This document shows, one piece after another, positions 59,570-64,000 of a DNA stretch of 64,000 nt (its first letter is position 1; every line of letters starts with the position of its first letter). This DNA comes from Thermoplasmatales archaeon (GTDB lineage Archaea; Thermoplasmatota; E2; DHVEG-1): positions 32,302 to 96,301 of the forward strand of contig DAOVGR010000050.1 of NCBI GenBank assembly GCA_030672305.1. The letters are read 5' to 3'. Under the pieces are notes generated by a model. The model saw nothing but the letters and a program-made list of their open reading frames with translations, did no database searches and had not been told where the DNA came from. Made by a program: the position numbers and the translations under genes.

Positions 59570-60261
59570 CAAATGCCTCTCACGGCACATATATCAAAAT
59601 GTGATTTAATCTCTTCTAAAGTATCCGCTAATTCTTTTTTAGTGTATGGTGTAAAATCTTCAAGTTTAGCTGAAATCAGTGGTGAATTTGGTTTAAATTG
59701 TTGTAGATAGAACTTTTTTGATCCATTAAGCCATTTAGCAATATCTATGATATCATCTTTTGTTAGTAATTTAGGGACAAAAGTTGTTCTAAACTCATAA
59801 TCTATTTTAGAATTTTGTAATAAATTAATTGATTCTTCGATTTTTTTTATGTTTACTTTTACGTTAGTTAGTTTTTCATATTTCTTTTTAGAGGCTTTAA
59901 TATCCATTGCAACATAATCAATGAGATTTTTATCAATAAGCTCCTTTAATTTTTCAGGGTACATGCCGTTTGTATCAATTTTTATTAGATAAGACATTTT
60001 TTTTACTTTTTCACAAAAATCAGAAATATCTTTCTGCATAAGAGGTTCTCCACCTGAAATTACTAAACCTTCTAGCATTCCCTTTCTTTTTTCAAGAAAA
60101 GACATAACCTCTTTTTCAGACACAGGTTGTACATTTCCAATAACTATTTCTTTATTATAACAAAATGGACATCTAAAGTTACATCCGACTGTCCAAATTA
60201 TTGCACTAATAACATCTGGGTAGTCCAACAGCGATGTTTTTTGAATTCCTCCAATCTTCAT
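59569..60261 (-). CDS. nrdG: Anaerobic ribonucleotide reductase activating enzyme
   Basis: SLLDYP, GCNFRCPFCYN, SGGEP, DTNG, YEFRTT; overlaps the nrdD stop. Confidence 0.93.
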   Translation of the reverse strand: MKIGGIQKTSLLDYPDVISAIIWTVGCNFRCPFCYNKEIVIGNVQPVSEKEVMSFLEKRKGMLEGLVISGGEPLMQKDISDFCEKVKKMSYLIKIDTNGMYPEKLKELIDKNLIDYVAMDIKASKKKYEKLTNVKVNIKKIEESINLLQNSKIDYEFRTTFVPKLLTKDDIIDIAKWLNGSKKFYLQQFKPNSPLISAKLEDFTPYTKKELADTLEEIKSHFDICAVRGI

Positions 60262-62408
60262 TTAGTAACCATAACTTTCTTTTCCATCATGTTGAACATT
60301 TTTCTGTCATTATATTCTTGTTGTTTCCCAAGGTTCCATTGACTAACTGGACGTAGGTATCCAACAACTCTTGAATATACCTCACATGGTATGGTTTTAT
60401 TTTGCCCTCGACAAGTCGGACATGTCTGATGCTCACCAGAAATATATCCATGCTCAGGGCAGACACTAAATGTAGGTGTCAAGGTATAATATGGAAGTGT
60501 ATAATTTTGCGCTACTTTTCTAATAAGTTTTTTTGCAGCCTTTGATGATGGACTTTCTTCACCAAGAAAGATATGTAATACTGTCCCTCCAGTATATTTG
60601 GATTGTAAGGTATCTTGAAGATCTAATGCTTCAAATACATCACTCGTGTAACCAACTGGTAGCTGAGTTGAGTTTGTATAATATGGTTCAACGCCTTTGC
60701 CTCCATTTCCACCATTATATTTTTCTTGATTATAGATTCTAATATCTGGATATTGCTTCTTATCAACACGACTTAGTCGATACGATGCACCCTCTGCAGG
60801 TGTTGCCTCAAGATTGAAGATATCTCCAGTTTCCTCCTGGTAATTAGCGATTTTATCACGCATATAATCAAGGACTTTTTCTGCAAAGGCTTTACCATCC
60901 TTGTCACCTACACTTTTATTCATAAAATTAAGAAGTGCATCATTCATTCCTATAAGACCAATAGTTGAAAAATGATTTTTCCAGTATTCACCAAAGGTTT
61001 TCTTAACATCTTGAAGATAAAACCGTGAATAGGGATGCAGACCACTATGTGTTAGATTTTCAATGATTTCTCTTTTAATCTCAAGACTTTGCTTAGCAAG
61101 TTCCATAACTTGATCTAGTCTTTGGAAAAAATCATTGTCATCCTTTGCAAGATATCCTATTTGAGGGAGATTTATTGTTACTACACCAATAGATCCGGTT
61201 TTAGGATTGGCACCAAATAAACCACCTCCCCTCTTACGAAGTTCCCTATTTGAGAGTCTAAGTCTACAACACATACTCCTTGCATCTTCTGGTTTCATAT
61301 CACTGTTAATAAAATTAGAAAAGTATGGAATCCCATACTTTGCAGTCATTTCCCAAATAGGATCAAGTCCATCGTTATTCCAGTTGAAATCCTTTGTAAT
61401 ATTATATGTTGGAATTGGAAATGTGAATGGTCTTCCTTTAGCATCACCTTCACACATGATATCTGCAAATGCATGATTTACCATGTCCATCTCATCTGTA
61501 AAATCACTGTAGTTATCATCTTTCAGATTTCCACCAATAATAGCGGGTTCATCGACCATATAACTAGGTACAGTGAGATCAAGTGTGATATTTGTAAATG
61601 GACTTTGGAATCCTACTCTTGTTGGAACGTTCATGTTGAATAAAAATTTCTGCATTTCCTGTTTTACTTGTTCATATTTTAGATTATCATATCTAATAAA
61701 TGGAGCAAGTAGGGTATCAAAATTTGATAGTGCTTGGGCCCCCGCCGCTTCCCCCTGAAGCGTATATAGATAGTTTACAATTTGCATCATGGCTGTTCCA
61801 AAGTGTTTTGCTGGTTTACTTTCAATTTTTCCTGATACTCCTCTAAAACCAAGAAGAAGTATATCTTTCAGATCCCAACCTACACAATAGGCTCCAAGAG
61901 TACCAAGATCATGGATATGTAAATTTCCTTGAGAATGAGCTTCTCCAATATCTGGTGGATAAATCTTATTCAACCAATAATGAGATACAATATTTTCTGT
62001 TGCATATACATTCAGACCTTGAAGAGAGTAACTCATGTTACTATTTTCATTGACCTTCCAGTCCATCATACTGAGATATCCATCGACCACGTCAATATCC
62101 TTTAGAAGCCCACCAATTTCGCGAATATCCTGATGTTGTTTTCTATAAAGAATATAAGCTTTTGCTGTCTTTGCATGACCTTCTTCAATAAGAGTTTTTT
62201 CTACGGTATCTTGTACCTGTTCAACTGTTGGTATTTCACCTTTCTTTAGTTCCTTATTAATTCTTTCAAGTACTTTATCTGTGAGTTCACCTGCTTTCCT
62301 GTAATCTTTTCCACCTACAGCCTGAGCTGCCTTCCAAATAGCATTTGTTATTTTTATTGGATTAAAATCAGAAGTTTTCCCGTCTCTTTTACTTATTTTT
62401 CTTATCAT
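60258..62408 (-). CDS. nrdD: Class III ribonucleoside-triphosphate reductase with ATP cone
   Basis: ATP cone (KRDG..VEQVQD.VE), HIHDL, SMCCRL, EATPAEG, CPEH..CPTC, glycyl-radical loop YSRVVGYLRP. Confidence 0.96.
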   Translation of the reverse strand: MIRKISKRDGKTSDFNPIKITNAIWKAAQAVGGKDYRKAGELTDKVLERINKELKKGEIPTVEQVQDTVEKTLIEEGHAKTAKAYILYRKQHQDIREIGGLLKDIDVVDGYLSMMDWKVNENSNMSYSLQGLNVYATENIVSHYWLNKIYPPDIGEAHSQGNLHIHDLGTLGAYCVGWDLKDILLLGFRGVSGKIESKPAKHFGTAMMQIVNYLYTLQGEAAGAQALSNFDTLLAPFIRYDNLKYEQVKQEMQKFLFNMNVPTRVGFQSPFTNITLDLTVPSYMVDEPAIIGGNLKDDNYSDFTDEMDMVNHAFADIMCEGDAKGRPFTFPIPTYNITKDFNWNNDGLDPIWEMTAKYGIPYFSNFINSDMKPEDARSMCCRLRLSNRELRKRGGGLFGANPKTGSIGVVTINLPQIGYLAKDDNDFFQRLDQVMELAKQSLEIKREIIENLTHSGLHPYSRFYLQDVKKTFGEYWKNHFSTIGLIGMNDALLNFMNKSVGDKDGKAFAEKVLDYMRDKIANYQEETGDIFNLEATPAEGASYRLSRVDKKQYPDIRIYNQEKYNGGNGGKGVEPYYTNSTQLPVGYTSDVFEALDLQDTLQSKYTGGTVLHIFLGEESPSSKAAKKLIRKVAQNYTLPYYTLTPTFSVCPEHGYISGEHQTCPTCRGQNKTIPCEVYSRVVGYLRPVSQWNLGKQQEYNDRKMFNMMEKKVMVTK

Positions 62409-62875
62409 TTTTTTACATCTCCTGTGGTTTGATTAATTAAATTTTTAACTTCCTTTTCAAAACTGGATAAATCGGTAAATGACCTATAAACAGAAGCAAA
62501 CCTGATATAGGCCACATGGTCAACTTCTTTTAATTTATTCATTACATATTCTCCAATTAATTTGCTTTCAATTTCTTCTTTTCCAATTCGTCTTATTTTT
62601 TCTTCGATTGAGACAATTATCTCTTCTATTTTTTCAGAACCAATTGGGCGTTTTTCTAAGGCTTTCATTATTCCATTTTTAATTTTATTCCTATCAAATT
62701 TCTCTAAACGTCCATCTTTCTTTTTAACATATATAGGGGTTAATTCAATGTATTCATAAGTAGTGAAACGCTTATTGCATTTGAGACACTCCCGTCTTCT
62801 TCTAATCGATAACGTCCCTGTATCGCGGGAGTCCGTTACTTTTGTCTCAATATGGTGACAGTAAGGGCATTCCAT
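62405..62875 (-). CDS. nrdR: Transcriptional repressor NrdR
   Basis: CPYC..DSR..IRRRRECLKC..RFTTYE zinc ribbon, ATP cone, VAYIRFASVY. Confidence 0.96.
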   Translation of the reverse strand: MECPYCHHIETKVTDSRDTGTLSIRRRRECLKCNKRFTTYEYIELTPIYVKKKDGRLEKFDRNKIKNGIMKALEKRPIGSEKIEEIIVSIEEKIRRIGKEEIESKLIGEYVMNKLKEVDHVAYIRFASVYRSFTDLSSFEKEVKNLINQTTGDVKK

Positions 62876-62900
62876 CCAACTCTCTCCAGTGGGCCATCAA

Positions 62901-62947
62901 ATACAATATATTGTATCTAAAAAATAATATACTACATTATATTGTAT
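62901..62947. promoter_or_regulatory. Tandem NrdR boxes
   Basis: ATACAATATATTGTAT (62901-62916, perfect palindrome) and CTACATTATATTGTAT (62932-62947), 31 bp apart; match the consensus acaCwAtATaTwGtgt. Confidence 0.88.
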
Positions 62948-62957
62948 GTTTATGAGA

Positions 62958-62971
62958 TATTTAAACTTTTT
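62958..62971 (-). promoter_or_regulatory. BRE-TATA promoter of the nrdR operon
   Basis: Minus strand AAAAAGTTTAAATA just upstream of the NrdR boxes. Confidence 0.65.
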
Positions 62972-63095
62972 GATTTTTCCCTATTTTTAACATAAAATAA
63001 CCACTAATTTTTACATAACTTACTTACAGGATTAATAATTAATGTTATAAATCTTATAAAAATAAAAGCTAGATTTTATTAAATAGAAAAAAACG

Positions 63096-63725
63096 TTAAA
63101 TTATGAGTATTTTTGAGGTGCCTACTGCTTTTTTAACCAAGTTATCAACATCAATTTTGTTTTCTTCCTCTAAGATTTTTTCTAATTTTGCCATTGTTGA
63201 TGGTTTATTTGGAACAGCATTACAACCATCTGATGGTAAAATAGAAAGCTCATAGGTGCCAATTTCTTTTGCAATTTTTACTACATCATCCTTGTCAAAT
63301 CCGATTAGAGGTCTTAAAATTGGGATTTTTACAACATCATCAACTACTCTAATATTTTGAAGAGTTTGAGAAGCAACCTGACCAAGAGAGTCCCCCATAA
63401 TAATCGCATCAGCAGATTCCTTTTCGGCAATTTTTTCAGCATATCTTAGTAAAGTTCGTTTACAAAAAACACATGTATATTTATTGTTACAATTTTGTTT
63501 AAATGTAGTAAGACTATCACCATGGAAAATCACATAAGTCTTCACAGAACAAGAAATAATTTTTTTGAGATGGCGAGCAAGATGTGTAAAATTTTCAATT
63601 TCTCTTTGATCTGTAAAAGGCCTTATATCTCCATGAACTAGTATAATTTCATCTGCTTTTTTTGAAAGTAAATAAGTAGCAACCGGAGAATCAATACCAC
63701 TAGAAATAAGAGATACAAATTTCAT
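63096..63725 (-). CDS. ThiI-like sulfurtransferase catalytic (PP-loop) domain without THUMP domain
   Basis: SSGIDS, CVFCKR, GDSLGQVASQTL.N, ILRPLIGFDK, IGTYE..GC..VP..P. Confidence 0.85.
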   Translation of the reverse strand: MKFVSLISSGIDSPVATYLLSKKADEIILVHGDIRPFTDQREIENFTHLARHLKKIISCSVKTYVIFHGDSLTTFKQNCNNKYTCVFCKRTLLRYAEKIAEKESADAIIMGDSLGQVASQTLQNIRVVDDVVKIPILRPLIGFDKDDVVKIAKEIGTYELSILPSDGCNAVPNKPSTMAKLEKILEEENKIDVDNLVKKAVGTSKILII

Positions 63726-64000
63726 GATGTTTCATTAGAGATATAATCTAGGTATTCTATAAGACCACCTATTATTGGTATTACTATAATGTCAGGTAAT
63801 TCATAAGAATGAAGAGATTTTATTCTTGTAATTGTCTTATCGATATTCTCATCACTAGTTTTAGCGATAAAAATACATTCCTCATCTTCTTCTATTTTTC
63901 CTTCCCATCTATAAACAGACTCAATGCTTGGAATGATATTTACACATGCAACTAATTTTTCTTCAACTAAGGTATGTGCAATTCTTCTTGCATCTTCAAT
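63722..64000 (-). CDS. cutA: Divalent-cation tolerance protein CutA (5' end outside window)
   Basis: Hand translation ...LVEEKLVACVNIIPSIESVYRWEGKIEEDEE...HSYELPDII...YLDYISNETS*; ATGA overlap with the next gene. Confidence 0.92.
   Translation of the reverse strand: MEDARRIAHTLVEEKLVACVNIIPSIESVYRWEGKIEEDEECIFIAKTSDENIDKTITRIKSLHSYELPDIIVIPIIGGLIEYLDYISNETS

Noticed and set aside
356-62759. Many 60-170 aa ORFs antisense to or overlapping recognised genes (e.g. 49469..49984, 40983..41402, 31340..31738, 18953..19285)
   Set aside because: Shadow frames of well-supported genes; no recognisable motifs.

Overview
AT-rich, gene-dense archaeal chromosomal segment (TFB, fibrillarin, archaeal-type ThrRS, PurP, tetraether synthase). 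The gene content suggests an anaerobic, peptide-degrading Thermoplasmatota (MBG-D/Thermoprofundales-like); this is inference only. Main blocks: (1) next to mevalonate kinase, an uncharacterised cluster (1.1-8.4 kb) with three UPF0104/LPG-synthase-TM flippase-like proteins (one fused to a SAM methyltransferase), two shortened nicotianamine-synthase-like SAM enzymes, a class I methyltransferase and a cobalamin-binding radical SAM enzyme. This is the best candidate for an undescribed lipid or surface-glycan modification system. (2) Housekeeping genes (purP, thrS, gcvH/T, flpA, rlmE, tfb). (3) Peptidases and secreted beta-helix/PKD proteins. (4) A hyp cluster around an Mbh-like JKL-N hydrogenase core with no membrane subunits, with an apparently intact IS701-family element (13-bp terminal inverted repeats, CTAA duplication) inside it. 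(5) Three tiny putative nucleic-acid-binding genes, two missing from the ORF track. (6) An nrdR-nrdD-nrdG-DUF1893-trxB operon preceded by tandem NrdR boxes next to an archaeal TATA promoter. No rRNA, tRNA or CRISPR array was recognised. All family assignments come from reading motifs by eye; no database search was run.
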